Origin: Candidatus Omnitrophota bacterium
GTDB taxonomy: Bacteria; Omnitrophota; Omnitrophia; Omnitrophales; Aquincolibacteriaceae
DNA: 61,498 bases
Direction: 5' to 3'
Assembly (NCBI GenBank): GCA_903856085.1
Contig: CAIOAT010000020.1
Span: 1 to 61,498, forward strand
This document shows positions 44,199 through 52,841 of the stretch, piece by piece. The notes beneath the pieces were generated by a model. That model saw only the letters and a program-made list of their open reading frames with translations. It was not told the origin of the DNA and did no database searches. Numbering within the stretch: position 1 is the first letter of the stretch; every line of letters begins with the position of its first letter. A program made the translations under genes and the position numbers.

Positions 44199-44555
44199 TT
44201 GCCTCGGCCTTGCTTGATTTCTAAAAGGATTTATAAAAAGATAACATACAATTAAGTTTCGACAAGGGCGTGGCACATTTATATTTGATAAAACTTCGTC
44301 AATCGAATGATTTTATCAATAGGAATATGGAGATCATTTTCAATTCTTAATGCTATAAATTACATTAAAATACGAATAGCAATAAATAGCATGATATAGC
44401 TATTTAAATCACACGGCTAGCGTAGAAGGACCGCGAACGCAGCAGGAAAAACAAGGAACTTAGAATCTGGATGCGCTTTAGGACATGAAGGGTTTACACC
44501 ACCAGAGGCTTAACTTAGCAGAACTAGCTTTAATTGAATTTCAAAGGCTCTTACG

Positions 44556-46118
44556 TCAGGACGTTGGCGTCCGAGGAGAAGAAACTGATCCTTTGGCGGA
44601 ATTTAAAAAGGAAAAGATGCGGATGGCGATGTCGCGTTCGATCCCTGGGACAGCACAAAGTTGTTCGATATCGGCACTCCGGATCTCATAGATGGAGTTA
44701 AAATGCCGGAGCAGAAGGCGCTTACGCTTCTCCCCGATGCCAGGGATGTCATCGAGCACAGAACGCTCCAGCAACTTCGACTTGAGTTTTCGGTGATAGG
44801 TGATGGCGAACCGGTGCGCCTCATCACGGACCTTCTTCAGGAGATAGAGGGCCGGAGAATCCGAGGCGATGACAAGCGGCGCTCGAAATTTTGACGAATG
44901 GACCCACTCGAACTGCTTGGCGATGGAAATAAGATCGATCTGCTCCATCCCCTCCCGCACGAGCACTTTGACCGCAGTATTTAGATGCCCTTTCCCTCCG
45001 TCGATCATGATGAGATCAGGCATGAAATCCTCCCGCCCCTCCTTGATGCCGCGAAGCATCCGCGTCAAAGCCTCTGCAATCATGGCGTAATCGTTAATCC
45101 CGGCAACACTTTTGATTTTGTAACGCCGGTAGCCGAACTTGTCCGGAAGTTCGCGGTAGAAACTCACCTTCGATGCCACGGCCTGATCACCCTGGACGTT
45201 GGAGACATCGAAGCAGACGATCCTCTCCGGGATTTTTTCAAGTCTGAGATTCTCTTTGAGTTCGAGCGTCGCGGAAAGAGAGATACCTTGCCCCGGATTT
45301 TTCGGAAGAAAACGCTTTTTGCGCAATTTCGAGAGCGCATCGACCTGTTCCTTGAAAAATTGCGCGTCTTCGAACCGCAGCTCCCGGCTCGCTCGATCCA
45401 TCCGCTCCTCCAGATATTGTGCAATGGTTTTTTTGCCACCACCGAGGAACCGCTTCACCTCATTAACCAGACGGTCGTATTCGGGCTTTACCTCCGGCTT
45501 GATACATGGAGCGATGCACTGCCCAAGGTGATGATAAAGACATGACGACTTCGGCAGGGTCTGGCATTTACGGATCGGGAAAAGGCTTTGGATCAGATTT
45601 ACGGCCTGGCGCAGGAGTTTCGCGTCCGTATAAGGACCATAATAGTCGGCCTTGTCTTGTATTTTCTTTTGCTTCACGGCAGTCAAGACCGACCCCATTT
45701 GAACTTCGCTTGAATGGATAGGCCTTAGGACGGCTTTCGGGTCCGTTTTTTGACGCGTAATACAAAGACGGGGGAATTTTTCACGGGTGATCTTGAGAAG
45801 CGGAAAGCTTTTATCGTCTTTAAGTTCCTGATTGTAACGGGGCTTGTACTTCCGGACAAGATGCGCCTCTAAAAGCAGCGCGTCCACCTCGGTCGGAGTT
45901 TCGATATGATCGATCACCCGCACTTTGCTCATCAGAACCGTGATCTTGGGGACCAGCGCCGGAACTTTGAAATACGAACGGACTCTTTTGCGAAGGGATT
46001 TAGCCTTGCCAATGTAGAGGATCACTCTTCGGACATCGCGCATCAGATAAATACCGGGGGTCAACGGCAATTTATCCGCGAGCAAACGAAGGGCTTTAAG
46101 AGAATTTTTGATTTTCAC
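44556..46118 (-). CDS. uvrC: Excinuclease ABC subunit C
   Basis: The protein has an N-terminal GIY-YIG (TPGIYLMRD..ILYIGKAKSLRKR), a UVR motif (ELRFEDAQFFKEQVDAL), a RNase-H-like nuclease region and a C-terminal (HhH)2 (IPGIGEKRKRLLL). The start is GTG. Confidence 0.9.
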   Translation of the reverse strand: MKIKNSLKALRLLADKLPLTPGIYLMRDVRRVILYIGKAKSLRKRVRSYFKVPALVPKITVLMSKVRVIDHIETPTEVDALLLEAHLVRKYKPRYNQELKDDKSFPLLKITREKFPRLCITRQKTDPKAVLRPIHSSEVQMGSVLTAVKQKKIQDKADYYGPYTDAKLLRQAVNLIQSLFPIRKCQTLPKSSCLYHHLGQCIAPCIKPEVKPEYDRLVNEVKRFLGGGKKTIAQYLEERMDRASRELRFEDAQFFKEQVDALSKLRKKRFLPKNPGQGISLSATLELKENLRLEKIPERIVCFDVSNVQGDQAVASKVSFYRELPDKFGYRRYKIKSVAGINDYAMIAEALTRMLRGIKEGREDFMPDLIMIDGGKGHLNTAVKVLVREGMEQIDLISIAKQFEWVHSSKFRAPLVIASDSPALYLLKKVRDEAHRFAITYHRKLKSKLLERSVLDDIPGIGEKRKRLLLRHFNSIYEIRSADIEQLCAVPGIERDIAIRIFSFLNSAKGSVSSPRTPTS

Positions 46119-46210
46119 GTGTGTTTAGCACTCCAGGAAAGTGGGTGGCGGGAAACGCTTAACGAATAGCTTTTACGTTCCATATTCCCCCTTCGACGTT
46201 CCCCGATCTG

Positions 46211-47797
46211 TTATGCTCCGTCCATCAAGTTTTCGACATCGATCGGATTGGCGGCAGGTTTCCTTTTTTTCCTGAACCATTCCCACGCCTCCTTGGCCTC
46301 GGGGACGCGGCACAAAAGACAGATTGCAAGATAAGCGACGGTCGCGATCGTGATGCTGCCCAACACCTGAAGAAGCCGCATTTTGGTGCTCTGCCCCGGC
46401 AACTCGTACTGTAAAAGTCCAAGGCTGTAGTGGCCGATCACTCCCATCACAAGAGACGCAATCAGGATACGCAGGAAGGAAGCGCCGACTTCGCGAAACG
46501 GAAATTCTCCGACTTTTTTAGGGTAGAAATAGATCAACTGTCCGAATTGGATAATACCGGCGATCGAGGTGGCGACCGCCAACCCCGCCTCCCTGAACGG
46601 AACCATCAGGATCAGATTCAGAACGATATTTGAAAGAAGCGCGATGATCGAGGTCCGCATGGGGGTCCGGGAATCCTGGGCGGCATAATAGCCACTATTC
46701 ATGATCTTTTGACCCGCAAACGCAAAAAGGCCGATCGTGTAACCCAATAATACGGCCGAACTACGCGCAGTCGAGATTGCATTGAACTCACCGCGTTCAA
46801 AAAGCATCCGGATGATGGGTTCGCGAAGCACGATGAGCCCGACCGAGGACGGAATGATGATAAAGAAAATGCTCCGGAGCGCAAACGAAAGCGTTTTGCG
46901 CGACGCATCCTTCTCACCCCGTGCGATCTGCTGCGCAAGCATCGGAAGCAGCGCGGTGCCCATCGCCAGCGCAAACACCCCAAGCGGAAATTGCATGAGC
47001 CGGTTCCCGTACCAAAGGCTTGAGTTTGCCCCCGGCCCGAGCGCCATACCGAGAGTCATATCCACGGTAATATTGATCTGAACGATCGCAAAGCTCAAAA
47101 CCACGGGAAGCAAAAGAGTCCATGTCTTTTTAAGACCTTCATAGCCGGTATTCCAAATCCACTGGAACTTGAAACCGATCTTGCGAAGAGGCGGCAACTC
47201 GACTGCCACGTGCAGGAACCCGCCCAAAAGGATCACATAAGAAAGCCAGCTAATTTTCGCAAGATAATCATGCCCCATCCAGGATGGAACCCAAAGCACA
47301 GCACCGATCCACACAAGATCGAGAATCGCAGGGCCCATGGCCGGTGCGAGAAAATGCCGGTGGCTGTTCAGGATCCCCATTCCGAGCGCGTAAAGCGACA
47401 GGAACCAGAGATAAGGGAAAAGGACACGCGAAAGCTCCAGGGTCAGCATGACCGTCTGAGAATGAAAACCAATCTTTAAAAGAATATTAAGAACACCTTC
47501 CGCTACCAAAATAAAAGCAAAAAGCGCAAGGCTTAGAAAGCTGATCGTAATATTTGCAAAACGGAACGCCTCTGCGTGACTCTGTTTTTCCCGGATCTCG
47601 TTGTAGACCGGGATAAAGGCGCTCGTAAGCCCGCCTTCTCCCACGATGCGACGAAAAAGATTCGGCAGCATGAAGGCATAGAGGAACGCGTCATATTGCC
47701 AGTTCGTTCCAAAGCTTTTGGCGCTTACAATATCGCGGATAAGCCCCAAGATACGACCGATCAGGGTCATGACCGCCACCACGGCAACCGCCTTCAT
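46211..47797 (-). CDS. murJ: Lipid II flippase MurJ (MviN family)
   Basis: The N-terminus MKAVAVVAVMTLIGRILGLIRDIVSAKSFG is typical of MurJ, and the protein has about 14 TM helices. I trimmed the start from 48007 to 47797 to remove an extension that overlaps the rpsT promoter and gene. Confidence 0.85.
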   Translation of the reverse strand: MKAVAVVAVMTLIGRILGLIRDIVSAKSFGTNWQYDAFLYAFMLPNLFRRIVGEGGLTSAFIPVYNEIREKQSHAEAFRFANITISFLSLALFAFILVAEGVLNILLKIGFHSQTVMLTLELSRVLFPYLWFLSLYALGMGILNSHRHFLAPAMGPAILDLVWIGAVLWVPSWMGHDYLAKISWLSYVILLGGFLHVAVELPPLRKIGFKFQWIWNTGYEGLKKTWTLLLPVVLSFAIVQINITVDMTLGMALGPGANSSLWYGNRLMQFPLGVFALAMGTALLPMLAQQIARGEKDASRKTLSFALRSIFFIIIPSSVGLIVLREPIIRMLFERGEFNAISTARSSAVLLGYTIGLFAFAGQKIMNSGYYAAQDSRTPMRTSIIALLSNIVLNLILMVPFREAGLAVATSIAGIIQFGQLIYFYPKKVGEFPFREVGASFLRILIASLVMGVIGHYSLGLLQYELPGQSTKMRLLQVLGSITIATVAYLAICLLCRVPEAKEAWEWFRKKRKPAANPIDVENLMDGA

Positions 47798-47909
47798 AAG
47801 ATGACGATTTCCGGACTTGTGCGCTGCCTCCGACGGGGGAACCTCGTTGACAGAACCGGTGGCCCGTGTTACATTGCCGCAACTTTTTTCACCAAAAGGA
47901 GTCATTGAA

Positions 47910-48173
47910 ATGCCCAACATTCGTTCCGCTGCAAAACGTATTCGAAGCGATGCCAAAAAACGCGCGAAAAACATGGCCGTTCTCTCTGAGTTGAAATCTC
48001 TCAGCAAGAGATTGGCCCAGCTCGCCTCCGAGCCCGAAAAGGCCCAGACGGTAGCATCGACCCTGGTCGCTCGTTATGACCACGCGGTCAGCAAGGGTGT
48101 TATCCCGCACGGCCGCGCCGACCGGAGAAAATCCCGCATCGCGCTTTTCCTCGCTAAAATCAAGAAAAAGTAA
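47910..48173 (+). CDS. rpsT: 30S ribosomal protein S20
   Basis: The sequence begins MPNIRSAAKRIRSDAKKRAKN. AAGGAG lies upstream of the ATG at 47910. Confidence 0.9.
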   Translation: MPNIRSAAKRIRSDAKKRAKNMAVLSELKSLSKRLAQLASEPEKAQTVASTLVARYDHAVSKGVIPHGRADRRKSRIALFLAKIKKK

Positions 48174-48194
48174 AACTTCCGAACTTTCTCTTCC

Positions 48195-48230
48195 AAAACC
48201 GGGTTTTAGTTACGCCAGAAACCCGGATTT
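48195..48230. terminator. Hairpin between convergent rpsT and holA (CCGGGTTT-N12-AAACCCGG)
   Basis: An 8-bp stem (48199-48206 with 48219-48226) has AAAA upstream and ATTT downstream. The U-tract is weak. Confidence 0.35.
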
Positions 48231-48240
48231 GGATCGGATG

Positions 48241-49185
48241 TCACGAGGCCGTATACTCCAGAAGCCACGCTTCCAATCCCGAAACGCCCTCGATTTGTCC
48301 GCTCTTGGACTTCCGGTCGATCTGATAGAGTGCTTCCACGGCTGATTCTAATCGCTCGACGGGAAATCGCCGTAGCGCATTCAAACGACTCGGAGACATC
48401 CGAAGCTTGGAGCCGATCTCTCGCTCAGAAATTCCCGATGTTAAAAGCATGGCCGCTTGCCATAATTGCCGAAGCTGCCAGTGCAGGATCCCAACCAATG
48501 AAAAAAGATCTGCCTCGTAAAGTCCCATCAAATCACGAAAAACCTTGAGAGCTCTGGCAGGATCACGGTCCACCAAAGCGTTCGTAAGCTTGAAAACATC
48601 CATCTCCGTCCAGTTCTCTTCGAACCGGTTGACCATGTCCTCATCGATCTCTTGCTGATCACCCGCGAATTGCACGAGCCTCTCAAGCATGGTATCGAGA
48701 AACATCACCGCCTCCCCGCACATCGCAAGAACCCGAGATTTGGCCCCTGGAGCCATGGTTTTATGATATTGCATGAGCTTTTGCTGGATGAACGTTGCGC
48801 CTACCCCGCGGGCCTCTTCATTCGCCAAAAGGATCAGCTGTCCTTTTGCTTTTACTATTTTTTGAAGTTCGGAAGCACCCTTAAGATTATCTGCCTCTAG
48901 GATCAGTGTGGTCTTCGGAGCGGGATGATCGAGGTAAGCGGTGAGGACCACAAGGTCCGGTTCCTTCAGCAATTCCGCCCCTTGAATATACAAGATCTGT
49001 CCGGATGAGAAAAATGGTAGGGTTTTCGCAGCAGCGAGAACGTCCTCGAGCGGTTTTTCGCTGAGATCGAAAGATTGATGAGTAAGAGACCCTCCGGTTT
49101 TTTTTTCAATCTCCGCAGCGAGGGCCTTGGCTTTTTGTGTTCTAAGGAACGGGTCGCCCGAGATGAGGAATACGTCGGTATTCAC
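48241..49185 (-). CDS. holA: DNA polymerase III delta subunit
   Basis: FLISGDPFLRTQKAKALAAEI and the overall delta-subunit layout support the call, as does the conserved lptE-holA adjacency. The start is uncertain. I chose the GTG at 49185 to avoid overlapping lptE. Confidence 0.7.
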   Translation of the reverse strand: MNTDVFLISGDPFLRTQKAKALAAEIEKKTGGSLTHQSFDLSEKPLEDVLAAAKTLPFFSSGQILYIQGAELLKEPDLVVLTAYLDHPAPKTTLILEADNLKGASELQKIVKAKGQLILLANEEARGVGATFIQQKLMQYHKTMAPGAKSRVLAMCGEAVMFLDTMLERLVQFAGDQQEIDEDMVNRFEENWTEMDVFKLTNALVDRDPARALKVFRDLMGLYEADLFSLVGILHWQLRQLWQAAMLLTSGISEREIGSKLRMSPSRLNALRRFPVERLESAVEALYQIDRKSKSGQIEGVSGLEAWLLEYTAS

Positions 49186-49207
49186 AAGAGACGGCCGGGA
49201 GGAGGAA

Positions 49208-49735
49208 TTACCAGTCCTGGACAATGCGATCCACGATGTTGAGCGCAAGACGATCGATAGCATCCACGGCGGCCTTCTGCTCACCAATCGAATTGACACT
49301 GCTCACATAATACTCATTGTCTCCCGTAAAGGTCGGTTCTTCCCATATCAGGTCGCCGGTCTTGGCATCCACAAGCCTGAGGCGAACCTCAATGAAAAGC
49401 TGGTATTCTTGAACACTTTGAAGATTGGTAAATCGTAACCCCTGCTGGACAAAGGATAAAAGGTCTGTCTTGAGGATTGCATCCGCATGTTCCTTCGAGA
49501 CGACTTTCACGATACCTTCCTGCTGAAGTCGGCGGATCACCGCGTTGGTAATGTCCATTTCAAGCCCGGGCTGATAAGCGTAGATCTTCTCGACATCGAT
49601 TTTGTTTTTCACGGTCTCAACATAGATCGTTTTGATATTGCGAGGAAGCACGGTCTTGCGGGTATAACCACAACCGCTCAAAACCATCGCTGTCACCAGA
49701 AGCCATACTCCCACCTGTCGCAGATTTTTCATCAT
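49208..49735 (-). CDS. lptE: LPS-assembly lipoprotein LptE-like
   Basis: The protein has a signal peptide with a lipobox (VLSGC), then GYTRKTVLPRNIKTIYVETVKN and Y.L.IEVRLRLVDAKTGDLIW. It sits immediately upstream of holA, as in many diderms. Confidence 0.6.
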   Translation of the reverse strand: MMKNLRQVGVWLLVTAMVLSGCGYTRKTVLPRNIKTIYVETVKNKIDVEKIYAYQPGLEMDITNAVIRRLQQEGIVKVVSKEHADAILKTDLLSFVQQGLRFTNLQSVQEYQLFIEVRLRLVDAKTGDLIWEEPTFTGDNEYYVSSVNSIGEQKAAVDAIDRLALNIVDRIVQDW

Positions 49736-49748
49736 AAGTCCCCGTTGG

Positions 49749-52736
49749 TCACTTGACACTGAAACGTTCTTTTTCCTTGGAAAGAAAATCATGGCGCGTG
49801 ACCAGGTCCGAAAGACGCTGCCCGATACGGTCCTTTTCGGTCTCGAGATCCTGCTGCATTGCCTTGGAAGTCACGGTCGGCATCACTTTGTCAACTTCCC
49901 CGATCCTTTTTTCGAGGATCGATCTCTCCTGCTGTTCGATCGCGAGCTCTTGATCGATCACACCCACGAGCTCCGCTCCCACTTCCTTATATTCTTTAAA
50001 TCTTTTAGCGCCCTGAGCATCACTAGGAGCTTCTTGCTTTCCCGCATCCCCCAGTGCGACTTCTTGTTCCTGGGCATAAATGCTATAGGAGATTTCAAGC
50101 TGCTCCCGCAAGTTCATGGCATCTTCCCGGAGCTGCTTCTCATCCGGGGCCGGCTCCGCTTTTTCCTTTTTCTCGGCATCCGTTCCTGGAGCCGCAACAT
50201 CGATCGGGGGAGCCACCGGGGTCTTTTTCTTGATCAAAGCCTCTGTAGCTTCCAATTCAGACTTGAACCGATCGAGTTCTTTAGTCTGATTATCCAGGCG
50301 ATTTAGAAGCACGTCCTTCCGGCTTTTTCGGGGGACAACTCGACCGGCACTTTGGACCGCCTCTTCGATAAACGTATACGGAACCTTGACGAAGGAAGTT
50401 CGAAACTTCATGCCTCCGTTGAGCGAGGCTTTCGCCTTCAGAATCTCGAGCTCCTTTTCAAGTTTCTTGATCTTTTCAGCTTGCGCCTGAATCATAAGAC
50501 TTTCCAGCTCGATCCCCTCTTGAAGTTTTTTGGCTTTTTCGTCAGCGCCTGGTTTCTTCGCGGCCTCGGTCAACGTAACATCCTCGTTCGGAAGTCCAAA
50601 AAGAAATGCCTTAGCGAGATAGGCCGAACCCGTGACCGGTTTCGCGAGGGTCCGTAGAACTTTCCCCTGTTTCTCCTGAGAATTCAGCGTCTCATCCAGT
50701 TCGGCAAGAAGCTTCTTCTTGTTTTTTTGACGATCTTGAATGTCCTGATAACATTTGCGAAGTTCTTTTTCCACAGCCTTACTCTCTTTGCGGAGTTTAC
50801 GTACGTCTACTTTCTCATGGTCGTCGAGAGACTTCATCATAACTTGCTGTTCCTTCAGGGCCAACTCCTTATCAAAGGCGGTAGAAAGCGTATCAACGAT
50901 ATCCTGCTGGGACTGGACTTGCTCGCTGAGATGCATTTTTAGTTCGAGCAATTCTTCGACGCTCTTTTTTTGAAGGTCACCGGCCTCGACGGTGAAAGGA
51001 TTAAAAGCCGCCTTCTGAGCCGCTTTGCTTTCGATCATTGCTTCAAGCTCCTGCTGGGCGGACTTGCCAAAATATTTTTCATAGAGCGCCATCTTCGCAT
51101 CCAACTTAGCCTCAAGAGTTTCGATATCTTTTTCACGCGCCAAAAGTTTTGGGTCGGTGGGTTTGCGAGAATCTTTAGGCGCAATACCACGGAGACGCTT
51201 CCGTTTCAAACCACTTTCGGAACGCTCGGGAACAAGCAAAGACTGTAGCTCGCTGTAGCGCTTGTAAAGTTTTTCCTTTTTTTCGAGAAGTTCTTTCTTC
51301 TTCTTTGAAAGTTTGTAAAGTTCCTTTTCATCCATCCGTTGGATCTTTTGAAGCGGCGTCTCGGGCTGTGCCATGAACGGGATTAGGTTCTCATAGAACT
51401 TTTCGTCCGAAACACCAAGCTCGGATCGCCAGGATTCAAGACGGCCCTTCTCCTCGGCGAGCGCATCACGTTCGGCCTCAAGTGACGCCTGCCAGCGATC
51501 AATGGCCTTTTGGAATTCAGGAGACGTATTGTTTTTGAAGCGCTTCTTTTTACGCTCGATCTCTTTAAACTTCTCGTTCAGCTCACTTTCGCGGCGCTTT
51601 AGATCTTGCTTACGACGCTCCAGGCTCTCAATCTTGTTTTTATTGATCGCCTTCATACGTTTTTTTATCTGGGCGATCTCTTTTTTAAGCTGCTCTCGCT
51701 CGGCTTTCTGCCCCGCCCCCAGCGCTTGATATTTTGCCTCCAACGCCCCTAACTCTTTCTGCAGCTCCTCAGTCTTGGTATTAAGATACTTCACAGGTTC
51801 TTGCAGCGAATGGAGCTTTTCCGCGGCCTTTTGTCCCCAACTCGTATTCGGATAGCGTTTCGCAGTATCAGCGTAATAGATCAACGAACTTTGGAGATAA
51901 TTGTCCTTTTCATAATAAAGACCGATGCGATAGTTCTTCTCGGCGTTGAGCTCATCTACTTTCAGGCTGATCTTTTCGGCTTCTTCGGCCTCTTGGGAGC
52001 CCGGATATCGCTTGAGATAGCCCTGCGCCTGGCGAGCCGCTTCATCAAGCGCACCTTGGTCACGCGCCTGGCCTCCGGACTTCGCGTACGAAACTTCCGC
52101 CATCTGTAAACGGGCTTGTTGAACCAAATTACTTTGCGGATACTGATCGATCAAAGCCTGGAAAGCCTCCACGGAATTGTCAAACTGCCCGGATTTCTGA
52201 TAAGCAACTCCGAGATTGAATTGGGATTTGTCCCCAAACGCCCCGTAAGGCGCAGCCGTCACGATCTTTTGGAACACTTCGATGGCCAGTGGCAGAGACG
52301 GACGAATATCAAGCCCCAAGAGCTTTCCTTTTTTCCCAGAAAGAAACATGATCCCGATCTGATACTCGCGCTCGATCACCTCTTCAAAACGCTCGCTCTG
52401 GGGATAGGATTTGATCAGTGCCTGATAGGCCTTGTGAGCCTCCACATAATCGCCGGTCTCTTCGAAAATCGTCCCAAGCCGGTACTGCGATTCAGGGGCC
52501 ACTCGGGATTTCGGGTATTGCTTGAGAACTATTTTGAATTGTTCGGCCGCCTTATCAAGCTTCTTTTCTTTGTAAAGGTCGAGGGCATTATCGAAGATGT
52601 CATCAGCACCGCTTTGAGTCTCGGATTCGGTGTTGATGAACTTCCCCTGTTCGGGAGACCAAACCCAATCCGCGGAGGCAAAAGAGTGTGGAAGGAGCAA
52701 TATAAAAATGAAGGCAAAAACCTTCGAGATTTTCAT
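49749..52736 (-). CDS. BamD/YfiO-like TPR protein fused to a ~650-aa K/E-rich coiled coil
   Basis: The protein has a signal peptide and then BamD-type TPRs (FKIVLKQYPKSRVAPESQYRLG.., ALIKSYPQSERFEE.., LIDQYPQSNLVQQARL..). From about residue 300 it is a continuous heptad-like E/K/L/Q-rich sequence. Confidence 0.7.
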   Translation of the reverse strand: MKISKVFAFIFILLLPHSFASADWVWSPEQGKFINTESETQSGADDIFDNALDLYKEKKLDKAAEQFKIVLKQYPKSRVAPESQYRLGTIFEETGDYVEAHKAYQALIKSYPQSERFEEVIEREYQIGIMFLSGKKGKLLGLDIRPSLPLAIEVFQKIVTAAPYGAFGDKSQFNLGVAYQKSGQFDNSVEAFQALIDQYPQSNLVQQARLQMAEVSYAKSGGQARDQGALDEAARQAQGYLKRYPGSQEAEEAEKISLKVDELNAEKNYRIGLYYEKDNYLQSSLIYYADTAKRYPNTSWGQKAAEKLHSLQEPVKYLNTKTEELQKELGALEAKYQALGAGQKAEREQLKKEIAQIKKRMKAINKNKIESLERRKQDLKRRESELNEKFKEIERKKKRFKNNTSPEFQKAIDRWQASLEAERDALAEEKGRLESWRSELGVSDEKFYENLIPFMAQPETPLQKIQRMDEKELYKLSKKKKELLEKKEKLYKRYSELQSLLVPERSESGLKRKRLRGIAPKDSRKPTDPKLLAREKDIETLEAKLDAKMALYEKYFGKSAQQELEAMIESKAAQKAAFNPFTVEAGDLQKKSVEELLELKMHLSEQVQSQQDIVDTLSTAFDKELALKEQQVMMKSLDDHEKVDVRKLRKESKAVEKELRKCYQDIQDRQKNKKKLLAELDETLNSQEKQGKVLRTLAKPVTGSAYLAKAFLFGLPNEDVTLTEAAKKPGADEKAKKLQEGIELESLMIQAQAEKIKKLEKELEILKAKASLNGGMKFRTSFVKVPYTFIEEAVQSAGRVVPRKSRKDVLLNRLDNQTKELDRFKSELEATEALIKKKTPVAPPIDVAAPGTDAEKKEKAEPAPDEKQLREDAMNLREQLEISYSIYAQEQEVALGDAGKQEAPSDAQGAKRFKEYKEVGAELVGVIDQELAIEQQERSILEKRIGEVDKVMPTVTSKAMQQDLETEKDRIGQRLSDLVTRHDFLSKEKERFSVK

Positions 52737-52841
52737 AAGTCGTTTATGATCTTCAAGTTAGGAAAATTTGCGAGGCGTTACTATATCATGGGTCAAGAAA
52801 AACTGTCAATAGAAATGGCCTAAAAATGGCCAAAAAAAGAC

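Noticed and set aside
44199-44276. A 26-aa N-terminal extension of the giant ORF (MPRPCRNLIVCYLFINPFRNQARPRQ).
   Set aside because: The extension is Cys/Arg-rich and runs into the AT-rich promoter-like DNA. The internal ATG at 44198 has a GAGG upstream and is followed by a canonical basic-then-hydrophobic signal/anchor.
47798-48007. A 70-aa N-terminal extension of the murJ ORF, and the 31-aa extension of the rpsT ORF (47817-47909).
   Set aside because: The two extensions overlap each other on opposite strands and have no family-typical sequence. The conserved N-termini start at 47797 (MKAVAVV..) and 47910 (MPNIRSAAKR, with AAGGAG upstream).
52116-52823. A 235-aa plus-strand ORF, plus other plus-strand ORFs between 49.7 and 52.1 kb.
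   Set aside because: They are antisense to the BamD-like/coiled-coil gene. The repetitive GAA/AAG-rich coding strand naturally yields open antisense frames.
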